Origin: an uncultured bacterium
GTDB lineage: Bacteria > Babelota > Babeliae > Babelales > Babelaceae
Assembly (NCBI GenBank): GCA_963722385.1
Contig: CAVRKK010000002.1
Span: 160,001 to 224,000, forward strand
Length of the DNA: 64,000 bases
Reading direction: 5' to 3'
Notes under the pieces: generated by a model
What the model was told of the DNA's origin: nothing
Seen by the model: only the letters and a program-made list of their open reading frames with translations
Database searches by the model: none
Program-made: the position numbers and the translations under genes
Shown: positions 19,118-29,851 of the stretch, piece by piece
How the letters are laid out: each line of letters begins with the position of its first letter
How positions within the stretch are numbered: position 1 is the stretch's first letter

Positions 19118-20236
19118 ATGAAGTATATTTGGCAAAATAAACGCTGGCCACATTTCGAATACGATATTACCGGCATACAAGATATACTCTATTGCTATGC
19201 TATTACGACGGGTTCTTTGACAGCTAGTATGAGCCACCTGCCTAATCACTTAAAGATCGATGCAACCATCGATTTACTGGTATCAGAGGCTATGAAAACA
19301 TCAGAGATTGAGGGAGAAAACCTTGACCAAGAAGATGTGCGGTCATCTCTAAGAAACCAGTTAGGCCTTACAAATAATACTCTGCTTATTAAAGATCCCC
19401 GAGCAATAGGCATAGCTCAACTCATGATTGCTGTTAGAAAAAACTATGATCGGTTGCTTACTAAGGAAGAATTATTTTCATGGCACGCTATGGTGCTACC
19501 TAAGCCTTTGAGTGGAGGCATGGAAGTAGGTCATTGGCGGACGGGTAATGATCCCATGCAGATAGTCTCTGGCACTATTGGCCGAGAAACAATTCATTAT
19601 GAAGCTCCTCCAAGTTCAAGGCTTGATAATGAAATGGAACAATTCATCGCTTGGTTTAATGCAACAGACCCACATAAAAGTAACCTAAATATGCCAGGCC
19701 CCGTAAGGGCTGCTATTGCCCACCTTTATTTTGAATGTATACATCCATTTGTCGATGGCAACGGACGGGTAGGCCGAGCTCTTGCAGAAAAAGCTCTATC
19801 CCAAGAGCTACAACGGCCTGTTTTGTTTAGTCTTTCTACCACCATACAGAAATATAAAAAAGAGTATTATCAGCAGCTATCTATTGCCAGCAAAGACGAC
19901 ATGAATATTACTGGGTGGGTCGAGTACTTTGTAAAAACTATTTATTCTGCCCTTCTAGATTCTCAAGAACAGATTGTTATGGTAGTCCAAAAAGCTCAAT
20001 TTTGGAATCACTACGCATCAAAATTAAATGATCGCCAATCAAAAGTAGTAGCTCGAATGTTTAAAGAAGGGACAGCTGGTTTTAAAGGTGGTATAAATGC
20101 CCATAAATACATGGCGATAGCGCACTGTTCGAAAGCTACCGCAACAAGGGATCTTGCTGAATTGGTAGCTTATGGGTGCTTAGAAAGATTACAAAGTGGC
20201 GGTAGAAGCACAAGCTATAAAATTAAGCTCCCGTAA
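19118..20236 (+). CDS. Fic family protein (DUF4172-type N-terminus, C-terminal HTH)
   Basis: YIWQ..WPHF N-terminus, HPFVDGNGRVGR Fic motif, SKATATRDLAELV..GGRSTSY. Confidence 0.93.
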   Translation: MKYIWQNKRWPHFEYDITGIQDILYCYAITTGSLTASMSHLPNHLKIDATIDLLVSEAMKTSEIEGENLDQEDVRSSLRNQLGLTNNTLLIKDPRAIGIAQLMIAVRKNYDRLLTKEELFSWHAMVLPKPLSGGMEVGHWRTGNDPMQIVSGTIGRETIHYEAPPSSRLDNEMEQFIAWFNATDPHKSNLNMPGPVRAAIAHLYFECIHPFVDGNGRVGRALAEKALSQELQRPVLFSLSTTIQKYKKEYYQQLSIASKDDMNITGWVEYFVKTIYSALLDSQEQIVMVVQKAQFWNHYASKLNDRQSKVVARMFKEGTAGFKGGINAHKYMAIAHCSKATATRDLAELVAYGCLERLQSGGRSTSYKIKLP

Positions 20237-20259
20237 AAAACAAGAAGCTAGATAATGCA

Positions 20260-20667
20260 TTATCGCAATGATATTCTATATGATGGATCAATTGCTTTAA
20301 GCAACTGTTCAAGCTTATCGAAACCCGGCACATGCTTTCCTTGCTCGTATTGGGCATAATCATTAATTGACTTAGCATTTAGGCGTGTTTGAACATCCTC
20401 TAATTTCATTTTATTTTTTAGTCTTTGCCTTTTAAGAATCAAGCCCATTAACTTTTTGTCGTCATTTGACTCTACAAATACATCTCTTCCTGCTATAGTA
20501 GAATCAATCAAGAATGCTGGGTCATTTACCAGTGCTTCTATAGCATCCTTGACCATTTCAGGGATCTCTTCTTTGCTCTCTGCTTGAACCATGAGATTTA
20601 AAAGAGGAATTTTAGCGAGCCAGAATTGGTCCTTTCTGCTCTTCCATACGTTGCCTGATACTATCAT
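20260..20667 (-). CDS. HicB-like antitoxin with Xre-type HTH
   Basis: WLAKIPLLNLMVQAES..EMVKDAI (HicB-like) followed by YAQYEQGKHVPGFDKLEQLL HTH. Confidence 0.7.
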   Translation of the reverse strand: MIVSGNVWKSRKDQFWLAKIPLLNLMVQAESKEEIPEMVKDAIEALVNDPAFLIDSTIAGRDVFVESNDDKKLMGLILKRQRLKNKMKLEDVQTRLNAKSINDYAQYEQGKHVPGFDKLEQLLKAIDPSYRISLR

Positions 20668-20680
20668 TTTTTCCCTTTGT

Positions 20681-20745
20681 TTAGTTTTTCCCAGCCGCCC
20701 TTAATATACTTCGAGCAAGCATCTCGTTTACCTCTCTATGCCAAG
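20681..20745 (-). pseudogene. C-terminal remnant of a HicA-like toxin
   Basis: Minus frame reads WHREVNEMLARSILRAAGKN*, resembling the HicA C-terminal PxHxEI..LA..IL, directly upstream of the hicB-like gene; no intact N-terminus. Confidence 0.55.
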
Positions 20746-20779
20746 AAGATCTCTCTTTCGAGTCTACACTGCTTGTTTC

Positions 20780-22165
20780 TTAGGCAGGAACACCACAGAT
20801 TTCAGCGCGAATTGCCTGAATATGTTTAGGAACAAGAATCGTGTACTGTTTTCCTTCTAAATATTCTTGCAACGACTTAGTATAGCAAGAGCACGAGTCC
20901 TCACCCTTCAGAGAAGGCAAGTGAGCAGCACCAGCCATAACAAATATAGTATTATCGGCCGGCAGTTCAGCATCAATTGTCTTAATAACCTCAATCATGT
21001 CATTATTGCGGGTAACAACTAAAAAGGGGAAAACTATTTCAATAAAAAGTTGTTTAATTATTTTACTAATCCCCGTTTTCTCGAAGAAAGCGGTATAATC
21101 CAGCGCTCCAAGAACACCCCCTATTATAAGCAGCGTTTTTGGTGAGAAGAGCAAAGGAAGGACAATACCCGCAGCAATAAGGGCTCCTACACTAGCCCAC
21201 ACGGAGAGGCCGATGTTACCGCTTTCCCACCCATAGATCGATACTTTACTTGGTAATGCCGATGAGCGCTTAACTGCTTTATTAAGAAGCGCCTCGCTAT
21301 CATCGTCAAATAAAAATCCTGTGAGGCCCTGCAAAGTGCCTGCAATCTGTTTAGCTACATCGCGCGGCTCCTTACTATTAAAATCGAGACCCTCTAAAAG
21401 AATAACGTCGCCCGGCTTAGCTAAGCTTTCCATTGCTTTAAAATTGAGCATAATGCATTCTAAATCGTTATGTACTTCGCCAAGAAACACAATTCTCGAT
21501 TTTTCAGGAACCGTTGTGCCTCCTTGTTCAAAATGGAAGGATAATGGTTGTGTTAAGGGATGAAGAAGTTTGCCGCCTTTGCCTTCATTTTCGAGTAGTT
21601 TAATAACGCCAAAAGAGTGTGTTTTAAGAGCATATTCTAGAGGTGATTTATCAAAATCATCCACCACATCGTTATTTTTGTTTGTATGGGAAGCTATGGT
21701 GCCTAGTAAGGCACGGTAATGAGGATACTCTTCTTTAACCGAGTCTCCAAAAGCATAGCTATACAGATAAGGACTTAATCTGTAGATAGCATATATAAGT
21801 GCCCCCAATGCAAATATCTTAGTTTTGATACCAGGCACATTTTTTAAAATCAACGTAATAAAAAAGGGAACGACGCCGAGGGGGAGAAAAATTGTATTAA
21901 GATTAACGTCATATTTGGATTCGGGAAAGGGAACCGACGCTGCTGCATGATGCATAAGGGTCTTGCCCTCGCTGTCCTTCATGGTTGTGAGGGATGGCAT
22001 CTGCTTAAGTATTGTTTGCAGTTTTACCACATCATGGTTATTAATAGCATTACGTGCTTCCTCATACTGCTGATGTTCGTGAACATCGGCTGCTTTGAAC
22101 ACGCTCGTTGTACTCAAAGATGCTATTGCTACCATAAAAGCTGCTCTACAATATGCTTTATTCAT
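20780..22165 (-). CDS. Signal peptide + ankyrin repeats + hydrophobic segments + TIKI/TraB/ChaN-like domain
   Basis: DSEGKTLMHHAA and DDFDKSPLEYAL ankyrin motifs; IVFLGEVHND..ILLEG..RN..MAGAAHL. Confidence 0.6.
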   Translation of the reverse strand: MNKAYCRAAFMVAIASLSTTSVFKAADVHEHQQYEEARNAINNHDVVKLQTILKQMPSLTTMKDSEGKTLMHHAAASVPFPESKYDVNLNTIFLPLGVVPFFITLILKNVPGIKTKIFALGALIYAIYRLSPYLYSYAFGDSVKEEYPHYRALLGTIASHTNKNNDVVDDFDKSPLEYALKTHSFGVIKLLENEGKGGKLLHPLTQPLSFHFEQGGTTVPEKSRIVFLGEVHNDLECIMLNFKAMESLAKPGDVILLEGLDFNSKEPRDVAKQIAGTLQGLTGFLFDDDSEALLNKAVKRSSALPSKVSIYGWESGNIGLSVWASVGALIAAGIVLPLLFSPKTLLIIGGVLGALDYTAFFEKTGISKIIKQLFIEIVFPFLVVTRNNDMIEVIKTIDAELPADNTIFVMAGAAHLPSLKGEDSCSCYTKSLQEYLEGKQYTILVPKHIQAIRAEICGVPA

Positions 22166-22368
22166 AAGCGTCTCTTTAGCTAGATAGATTATTCAAAACT
22201 TGACTACACTATTATACTCTTTATTGTAAAAATTGCAATATGTAATAAAATTTCAACATGGACCGTCCTTGGACATTTTTAAGACATGATATCACGGTAG
22301 AAGGCGGCGTGGGCTTAAGCTCATTGGCATGCTATACTAGAAAACAAATCATTTTCTAAGGCATATTC

Positions 22369-25227
22369 ATGCGCCAATTGCTTTTAGCGCTTTTTGTACT
22401 ATCGTTACCCTGTATGCTCAAGCTCTATGGGAGCGTCGACTGCCAGCTTGATCTCCTTGACGATAGGTACCAGGAGGCTTGTGAAGGCTGCGTCCATGAG
22501 CTACCCGATTCATTTGTTGTTGAGCAGGTGCGCTTGATCAATGATATTATGGTCGACAACGAAGAGCTTACCACGCTCATTGGCCTTAAGCAGGGTGCAA
22601 CCTTAAGCCGCCAAGAGCTCGCACGTGGTTTGCAAGCACTCAAACGCAAGCAAAAATTTAAGACAGCACACATTCAGGCGCATCAGGGAACCACTGGCTG
22701 GGTCTTTACCCTTACCTGCACCAGCATCCCCACCATACGCAAGGTCACCTTTACCACTAATGTCAGCTTGCCAGAAAAGTATCGCATGGTGTACGCCGTA
22801 GAATCTGGTGAGCTCTTTGATGAAAATAAACATAAGCAGCTCCTTGAGCAGGTGAAGATGACGCTCTACAAAGATGGCTACTTTGAGCACACACTGACCT
22901 CCCGCCTTACGTATCACCCCAAAACAAAAGAGGTTGACGTTATAATTAACGTGGCTTCCGGAAAGCGCTTCACTATTGACAAGATCAGCGTAGATTGTAC
23001 GCCAGAAACTGCAAGACAAGAACAAGAAGTCACGAGCACGAAAATTTTAGAGCCTGGCCTCAGATACGAATATTTCACCCAAGCGCTTGTTAAAGAGCAG
23101 CTCGCCGTTCTCCACAAGCATTGGCAGAGCGAAGGGTACAGCTCCCTAACCATGAAGCCGTCATTTAAGCTTAATAGAAAAAAGCATACCATTAATATTT
23201 ACCTTTCCTTGACTCTCGCTGAGCATAAGAATTACACATTTTCTGGCAACCAGTTTTTTCAAGCGGCCACGTTACGTGAGGCAGCGGTGCTTTTGGGCCC
23301 ATCAGTTCCTATCTTACCGCCTGCGATCGTTGCAGAAGAAATCATACGCCTTTATCACCAGTCAGGCTTCCTCGATGTTACGGTTACCCCACAAGAACAA
23401 GAAAGCGCTTATAACTTTGCCATCGTTGAAGGACCACGCTGCAAGTTGTTAGCTCTTAAATTCGAAGGCATAACAGCCTGCAGGGACAGCTTTGTCCAGA
23501 CATATTTTGCTCCCGTCATTGATAACGCTTATTATGATGCGCATATACTTCAGGAATGCTGCGACAGCCTTGCCCAATGGTACTTGAGCCATGGGTATTG
23601 GGACTTTGCATTTGCCGATGAGTCGTTTGAGCAGGGAGAAAAGCCAGAAGAAAAAATATTGGTGATACAGGTGCGTGAGGGCGAGCAACGATTTTTGTCG
23701 CGCGTCGACCTTGATAACTTTCCCGAAATTGCGCACGAAGAAATTTTTAAAAAATACCAGAAGCTTGATAAGCCGATTCCTTTCGATATCTATATTATTC
23801 ACGAGCAACAACAATGGCTGACCAAATATCTCCACAAAAAAGGGTATCTCTATAGCACCTTTAAGCCAGACTTTGTGCCTGAAGAAGGCGGCATCATTTT
23901 ACGTTGGAAGCTCGCTGGTTCGCCAGAGCCTGTCCGCTTTGGCAAAACGATTGTTTTAGGGAGCACCTATACCGTTGCCCATGCTCTTTTACGTGAGCTC
24001 GAATATCGCGAAGGGGACGTGTTTAACATCGACCTTGTGCATCGATCCATAAGCCGCCTCAAGTCTCTTGCTCTTTTTGAAAGCGTTTCTCTTCAGCCCG
24101 CCGATCTCTTCAAACCAGAGCCCTACAAAACAATGCTCCTTAAAGCCACCGAAGATGATCCATTTGAAATAAGGACCCGCTTAGGCATAGCATTTATAGG
24201 ACGTAATATAGAATTACGCGGTGGCACCACCTACCGACTCGGTGCATCTTTTTTATGGAAAAGCCCTACCAGACAAGCAGATCTTTTGCGCCTCGATACC
24301 GACGTCATGCGGTATATCCGAACAGCCACGTTGAGCTATCGCTTGCCCTGGCTATGGCAATTTCCCATTAAGACAACGTTTAAAGTCTACACTTCTTTTT
24401 ACGAGCAGCCATTTGTTATCGGCTCGCGCGATATTTTATATAACGCATTGCATTCAGGGTTTTCTGCGCGATTTGAAGGCGACTATCGCTTTTTTGACTG
24501 GGGGCTCAATACAGGCATAGAGTGGATGAAGCTCGAGGGGCTTTCTGAGCGCCTCGCAAAAAAATTGGAATTTGAGCCCGATCTGATCGATCGGTCATTT
24601 CCGTATCTCGTGTGCGAGCCAAGCATCTTTTTTGATTACCTGGACAATAAGCTCCAACCAACGCGGGGAATTTTGACCATGATTTCACTACGCGGGATGT
24701 TTCCATTTACGCTCCGCGATGCTTGGTATATTAAGCTCCTCGCTGAACAATCATGCTTTTTCCCGATCTATAAGCGTGTCGTACTTGGTTTACGTATCCG
24801 CTTCGGGCATATTTTTAACGGACGCTTTGAGCGCATCATGCCTACCGAGCGCTTTTATTTAGGCGGCGCTTATTCATTGCGCGGCTACGAGCCGGATCAT
24901 GCGCCACCACTTAATTTTTACAAAGACTCAGCAGGACAAACTCATTTGGTACCCATCGGTGGCAAGTCCATGCTCAACCTAAATTTTGAAGTCCGCTTTC
25001 CTTTGTACAAAAATATAGGTGGCGTGCTGTTTACCGATATAGGCATCCTTTCAAAGCACGGCATGCCGGATATAGCACGACAAAATCTCCTCGGCTCGTC
25101 TGGATTTGGCCTTCGTTATGATACCTCGGTCGGCTCGCTACGCTTTGATATCGGCTGGAAATGGAAGAAGCGGTTTAAGGATGACCGATCATTTGCTTGG
25201 TTTCTTACCCTGGGACAGGCGTTTTAA
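22369..25227 (+). CDS. Omp85 family outer membrane protein (BamA/TamA-like, multiple POTRA domains)
   Basis: ERFYLGGAYSLRGY loop, GFGLRYDTSVGSLRFDIG, C-terminal LTLGQAF. Confidence 0.9.
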   Translation: MRQLLLALFVLSLPCMLKLYGSVDCQLDLLDDRYQEACEGCVHELPDSFVVEQVRLINDIMVDNEELTTLIGLKQGATLSRQELARGLQALKRKQKFKTAHIQAHQGTTGWVFTLTCTSIPTIRKVTFTTNVSLPEKYRMVYAVESGELFDENKHKQLLEQVKMTLYKDGYFEHTLTSRLTYHPKTKEVDVIINVASGKRFTIDKISVDCTPETARQEQEVTSTKILEPGLRYEYFTQALVKEQLAVLHKHWQSEGYSSLTMKPSFKLNRKKHTINIYLSLTLAEHKNYTFSGNQFFQAATLREAAVLLGPSVPILPPAIVAEEIIRLYHQSGFLDVTVTPQEQESAYNFAIVEGPRCKLLALKFEGITACRDSFVQTYFAPVIDNAYYDAHILQECCDSLAQWYLSHGYWDFAFADESFEQGEKPEEKILVIQVREGEQRFLSRVDLDNFPEIAHEEIFKKYQKLDKPIPFDIYIIHEQQQWLTKYLHKKGYLYSTFKPDFVPEEGGIILRWKLAGSPEPVRFGKTIVLGSTYTVAHALLRELEYREGDVFNIDLVHRSISRLKSLALFESVSLQPADLFKPEPYKTMLLKATEDDPFEIRTRLGIAFIGRNIELRGGTTYRLGASFLWKSPTRQADLLRLDTDVMRYIRTATLSYRLPWLWQFPIKTTFKVYTSFYEQPFVIGSRDILYNALHSGFSARFEGDYRFFDWGLNTGIEWMKLEGLSERLAKKLEFEPDLIDRSFPYLVCEPSIFFDYLDNKLQPTRGILTMISLRGMFPFTLRDAWYIKLLAEQSCFFPIYKRVVLGLRIRFGHIFNGRFERIMPTERFYLGGAYSLRGYEPDHAPPLNFYKDSAGQTHLVPIGGKSMLNLNFEVRFPLYKNIGGVLFTDIGILSKHGMPDIARQNLLGSSGFGLRYDTSVGSLRFDIGWKWKKRFKDDRSFAWFLTLGQAF

Positions 25228-25230
25228 ATA

Positions 25231-26268
25231 TCACAGTTCAAGCGTACGGCCAGCCTGCGCCAGAAACTCGAGGACTTCAGGATCATGCGTAATTTCGCTC
25301 TCTAATGCCGGAAGATGCCGATCAACATAATCAAAGAGCTTTTCAAGTGATTTCTTTGCTTGATTTGCTTTAGTTTTACCAAGGATATACGTAAATATTT
25401 TACGAACAGCACTTCGATTCAATGAGCTTTTCAGGTAAAAGCGCACAAAATAAGCTCGCTGATCATGGGTCAAGTCGGGTATCAATGCTTCGGTACGATC
25501 CGCTACCTTTTGGCCCAAACGCGCTTGAGCCAAACCACCTATACGATTTTGGTCTGCCATTTGTGAAACGCGAGGTTGATTGCTCCTAAAAAAATTTTTT
25601 GAGGATGACCAATCTTCGACTTCTCTTTTTTGAAGATCAAGCTTAAAGAGCATCTGGCCATAGGCTTCCGCTTCTTGACGTGCACCTTCTTCAAATATAT
25701 TACGGGCTTCCCCATGGCCTATCGGCGTAAATCCCTGCTTGAGATGCCATGCACGTCCGATAGCATTTGAAGGCTTAACGCGCGACAGGATAGTTTGCAC
25801 TTGTCCATCTTTAATTAATTCTTGCTTCCATGAATTAAAAAGTTGAACGCCAAGGCCTTTTCGCTGCTCAGAAGCATCAACGCCTATATATGAAAGCTCA
25901 GCATACGTAGGATCTTCATGGATACCTTGCTCTATAAGCAACGTAGAAGCAACGACCGGATGGCTGTGGATCAATATGCCGAGAACCTTGCCTTTATCCG
26001 CCAAAACTTTAATACCAAGACCTTCCGCATCTTGAGGAAGCAGTGAAAAGGGTGTCATATGTAGCAATAACGTCTCAAACGTACCACTGCAAACAGCATC
26101 ATCTTCATCAAATTCACGCCAATGCTGTGTACAAATAGCGTGCGCAGCCTGGTAATCCTTCGCAGGATTATACTTTCTTACTATTATCGCATTTGAAGAT
26201 AAGCAAGAAGCAAGCGCCAGATAATAAAAAGCGGAAAAAACTATATTTCTAACTGTAAGCATTATCAT
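25231..26268 (-). CDS. GNAT acetyltransferase with signal peptide and C-terminal helical extension
   Basis: LSYIGVDASEQRKGLGVQL motif A; N..GRAWHLKQGF motif B. Confidence 0.75.
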   Translation of the reverse strand: MIMLTVRNIVFSAFYYLALASCLSSNAIIVRKYNPAKDYQAAHAICTQHWREFDEDDAVCSGTFETLLLHMTPFSLLPQDAEGLGIKVLADKGKVLGILIHSHPVVASTLLIEQGIHEDPTYAELSYIGVDASEQRKGLGVQLFNSWKQELIKDGQVQTILSRVKPSNAIGRAWHLKQGFTPIGHGEARNIFEEGARQEAEAYGQMLFKLDLQKREVEDWSSSKNFFRSNQPRVSQMADQNRIGGLAQARLGQKVADRTEALIPDLTHDQRAYFVRFYLKSSLNRSAVRKIFTYILGKTKANQAKKSLEKLFDYVDRHLPALESEITHDPEVLEFLAQAGRTLEL

Positions 26269-26441
26269 GACCTCTATTTAAAAAAAATTATGTTTCACAA
26301 TATAAACTATCCAAAATTTCGCTATTTTGTCAAGATTATTTCAATTATACGCAATGCCAATCTTAAATTTTACAATTTTTTTGGCATATATATAATTAAT
26401 ATTGATACATTTTTCAGCGCTCGTTATATAAAGTGGCAATT

Positions 26442-27002
26442 ATGAAACGTCTTCTATTAATTCTATCAGCATTCACGATATTTTCATCATCAGTAACCGC
26501 CTTTCACCAAGAGATTACTCTCAGGATAGAATATTTTACCAATTTAGATAATCCTGATAGCACACAATGCTGCCTTCAAGACCTTGCAAAAATCCTTGAC
26601 AAAACGCCTTATGGGCTCGTAGCTGCTCCTAAACTTATTGAAGCAAGCTTTATGCGAGAGCCTGAAAGCATAATTTCGCATCTTGGTTCATTACCATTTT
26701 GGTTTAAACAAAGTATAGGGCAACTTATCGGACTTGATCAGCTCATCCCTTTATTAACTCAACGTATCGCGAGCAATGGTAAAGTTGATTGCTCCGCTAT
26801 ACGTAAGCAACTCCAAGAAACCCGCATAAAAAAGCGCAACGAGCATAACTTAATACTTGCCGCAGGCCGCGTTGCCTGTAAAACAATGGCCATTACGGTA
26901 TTAACGGCTTGTACAACAATCCTAGCAGGCCTATTAACCTATCGCCTTCGGGCTCGTTCAGGTTCAACGGTGAGTATCGGAGCAGCGGCATCAGCAGCAT
27001 GA
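26442..27002 (+). CDS. Hypothetical exported protein with C-terminal TM helix
   Basis: MKRLLLILSAFTIFSSSVTA signal; hydrophobic C-terminus. Confidence 0.6.
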   Translation: MKRLLLILSAFTIFSSSVTAFHQEITLRIEYFTNLDNPDSTQCCLQDLAKILDKTPYGLVAAPKLIEASFMREPESIISHLGSLPFWFKQSIGQLIGLDQLIPLLTQRIASNGKVDCSAIRKQLQETRIKKRNEHNLILAAGRVACKTMAITVLTACTTILAGLLTYRLRARSGSTVSIGAAASAA

Positions 27003-27203
27003 TCGAAAATCAATTTAATTAACATATTTTAAATATTTCAAGACATTACCCAACTTGAGGCCCTTGATCATGGCCGCATATCATTTTTATTAGAATTGGT
27101 GGCTAATACCAAGCTGGCTGCTCATTTTTTTGCTTTATATGAAAAAAACTTTATATTCATAAGTAGAATACTAGTATATGGGTAAAAACACTGGATAAAA
27201 AAA

Positions 27204-27893
27204 ATGAATGAAGAGCGCTATCATGACCACTCGCATAAAAGCCACGAAACTTCCATTTTAAGCGAGATTGGTTGCCACTTGCCGTGGGCGACCTTTTCGA
27301 TAGCTCTTGGATTCGTACTTTTAAGTATCCTGCATTTCATAAGCCTCGGCATCTCGCGATATGGAGCAGCCTCGCAGGGCTATCATATTCTTTTTCACTC
27401 ATTCCATTACCTCCACATAGTCTATGCGGTAGTTGGTACATTTGTGACGTTTTCTCGCTTTTCAAAAGCATTAGCACCCGGCATCATTTTATCTATTATT
27501 TCGCCTTCCTTTTTTTGTACGCTCTCTGATGTCGCCCTTCCAACGCTTGCTGGCAACATTTTGGGAGTTAAAATGGCCATGCATATTTGCTTTATAACAG
27601 AATTACATAATATCCTGCCCCTGCTTATCATGGGGCTTGTCACGGGATTATTTTTGCGATCGCACCATGAGTCATTGCTCAGCTTTTTTTCGCTTGGGTC
27701 CCACTTTGTTCATATACTCATCAGTTCGCTCGCGTCCCTTTTTTACATGGTATCTTATGGCTTTACCAATTGGCATGAGTCAATGGGACTTCTGTTTTTA
27801 TTTTTGGTTATCGCCGTAGTAGTCCCCTGCACCTTATCAGATGTTGTTGTTCCTTGGTATTTTGCTCAAAAGAAGTTTGCCCAAAAGAAATGA
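27204..27893 (+). CDS. His-rich multi-pass membrane protein
   Basis: About 6 hydrophobic segments, HDHSHKSH, HILFHSFHYLH, repeated CTLSD motif; ATGA overlap with potA. Confidence 0.7.
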   Translation: MNEERYHDHSHKSHETSILSEIGCHLPWATFSIALGFVLLSILHFISLGISRYGAASQGYHILFHSFHYLHIVYAVVGTFVTFSRFSKALAPGIILSIISPSFFCTLSDVALPTLAGNILGVKMAMHICFITELHNILPLLIMGLVTGLFLRSHHESLLSFFSLGSHFVHILISSLASLFYMVSYGFTNWHESMGLLFLFLVIAVVVPCTLSDVVVPWYFAQKKFAQKK

Positions 27894-28981
27894 AAACCAT
27901 AAGCATTAAAAATGTTACTAAAAGTTACCATGGCGAAGTGGTGCTTGATAAACTCAACTTGACGATCCCGCTCGGTAAGTTTTTTGCACTCTTAGGCCCA
28001 AGTGGCTCAGGTAAAACCACCCTCTTGCGCCTCATTGGCGGCTTTGAAAAAGTCGATGCCGGAAAGATCTATCTTGCCGATGAAGACATTACCGATAAGC
28101 CAATCAATAAGCGCCGCGTTAACACAGTTTTTCAGAATTACGCACTTTTCCCTCATATGGATGTGTTTGCCAATGTTGCCTACAGCCAGGTCCTCAAAGG
28201 CTTGCCTCGAGAAGAAATCCAAGAAAAGGTATACAAAACCCTCCGCAGCGTTAATTTACAAAGCCACATGCACAAGTCCATCAATCAGCTTTCAGGAGGA
28301 CAACAGCAGCGCGTAGCACTCGCACGGGCCATTATTAACGAACCAGAAGTACTCCTTCTTGATGAACCCCTGGCAGCGCTTGATGTCAAACTGCGTGAAA
28401 AGCTGTTGATTGAGCTCATTGAGCTCCAATACAAGCTTAAAACAACTTTCATTTATGTAACGCATGACCAATTTGAAGCGCTCACAGTTGCCGACCAATT
28501 GGCGATCATGAACCATGATGGCGAGATTGAGCAGATTGGTACGCCCAAAGAGATTTACGAGTTTCCCGTCAGCTCCTTTGTTGCCAAATTCGTCGGGACA
28601 ACCAATATTATTCAGGGTAAATTGCGCCTCCTCGACCATGAACTCGCCCTTGAAGCAGAAGGCCTTGGCAACTTTAAGGTTGCTGGCGCTCAGCCTAAAG
28701 AGTGGCTCAAAGATGGCGCCACGGTGTATATGAGCATCCGCCCTGAAAAAATTCTCATCAGTAAGCTCCCTAAAGAAGGGTTCTCGAACATGATCCGTGG
28801 CATTGTCGAGTCGATTGTTTATCACGGCCGGTCAACCCAATATAACGTACGTTTAAAAAATGGCAGCCGTCTTCAGGTATTTGAGCAAAATGACGAGCAC
28901 TTTCCCCAGGAAGTAATCGATTATGACAACGAAGTGTACGTATACTGGCAAAAAGAGAATGTAGTACTCCTTCAACGATGA
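27890..28981 (+). CDS. potA: Spermidine/putrescine ABC transporter ATPase
   Basis: GPSGSGKTT, VNTVFQNYALFPHM, LSGGQQQRVALARA, TOBE C-terminus. Confidence 0.92.
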   Translation: MKTISIKNVTKSYHGEVVLDKLNLTIPLGKFFALLGPSGSGKTTLLRLIGGFEKVDAGKIYLADEDITDKPINKRRVNTVFQNYALFPHMDVFANVAYSQVLKGLPREEIQEKVYKTLRSVNLQSHMHKSINQLSGGQQQRVALARAIINEPEVLLLDEPLAALDVKLREKLLIELIELQYKLKTTFIYVTHDQFEALTVADQLAIMNHDGEIEQIGTPKEIYEFPVSSFVAKFVGTTNIIQGKLRLLDHELALEAEGLGNFKVAGAQPKEWLKDGATVYMSIRPEKILISKLPKEGFSNMIRGIVESIVYHGRSTQYNVRLKNGSRLQVFEQNDEHFPQEVIDYDNEVYVYWQKENVVLLQR

Positions 28982-28987
28982 GATTTT

Positions 28988-29833
28988 ATGCAAAAATTAA
29001 AAAATGCTCTTTTTTCAGCAATGGGCGCTTTTTTTGGCATCCCGGTGGTGCTTTGGCAAATTCTCTTCTTTTTCTTACCCTTAGGTGTCGTGCTGCTTCT
29101 GAGCATCGTCAATTTGCAGCAGGGGTTGAGCTTTGCTTCGTTTCGTACTTTTTTTACCCCCACGTACGCTTATGTCATTGGACGATCACTCGTCCTTGCC
29201 TTTACTAATGCATGTCTATGCTTAGTAATTGGCTATCCGCTCGCTTATTTTTTAGCATTTAAAGCAGGCAGGTTCAAAAACTTCTTGCTCTTTCTTTTTA
29301 TTGTGCCTTTTTGGACCAACTTTCTCCTGCACGTTTATGCCTGGTTTTTTGTGCTCGAGCGAGGTGGGTTTTTAAATACGTTTTTGCGCTACCTCGGCAT
29401 TACAAAGGAGCCTTTACATATACTTAATACGCTCTATGCCGTTTCACTCATGATGGTCTACTATTATTTACCCTTCATGGTATTACCCCTCTATACGTTA
29501 TTAGAAAAGTTTGATTATCGATTTATCGAAGCATCACTCGACTTGGGCGCAAGCTGGAGCCAAACAGTGCGCAAGATTATGATACCCATTACGCTCCCCG
29601 CGATCTTATCCGGATTTTTCTTGGTCTTTGTTCCTTCATTTGCCGAATTTGCTATACCGGAGCTCTTAGGTGGCGATAAAGTAATGTTTGTCGGTTCGGT
29701 CGTCTCACACTATATTTTAGGTGGCACCACCATTTCATATGGCGCTGCCTTTACGGTCTTAAGCTCGGCTGCCCTCATCCTGAGTGCGCTCATACTTTAC
29801 CCCTGCCTTAAAAGGCTGGCCAGAATGCTATAA
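28988..29833 (+). CDS. potB: Polyamine ABC transporter permease
   Basis: IGYPLAY, VPFWTN, YLPFMVLPLY, EASLDLGA. Confidence 0.9.
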   Translation: MQKLKNALFSAMGAFFGIPVVLWQILFFFLPLGVVLLLSIVNLQQGLSFASFRTFFTPTYAYVIGRSLVLAFTNACLCLVIGYPLAYFLAFKAGRFKNFLLFLFIVPFWTNFLLHVYAWFFVLERGGFLNTFLRYLGITKEPLHILNTLYAVSLMMVYYYLPFMVLPLYTLLEKFDYRFIEASLDLGASWSQTVRKIMIPITLPAILSGFFLVFVPSFAEFAIPELLGGDKVMFVGSVVSHYILGGTTISYGAAFTVLSSAALILSALILYPCLKRLARML

Positions 29834-29851
29834 AATTGAAAGGGAACGCGC

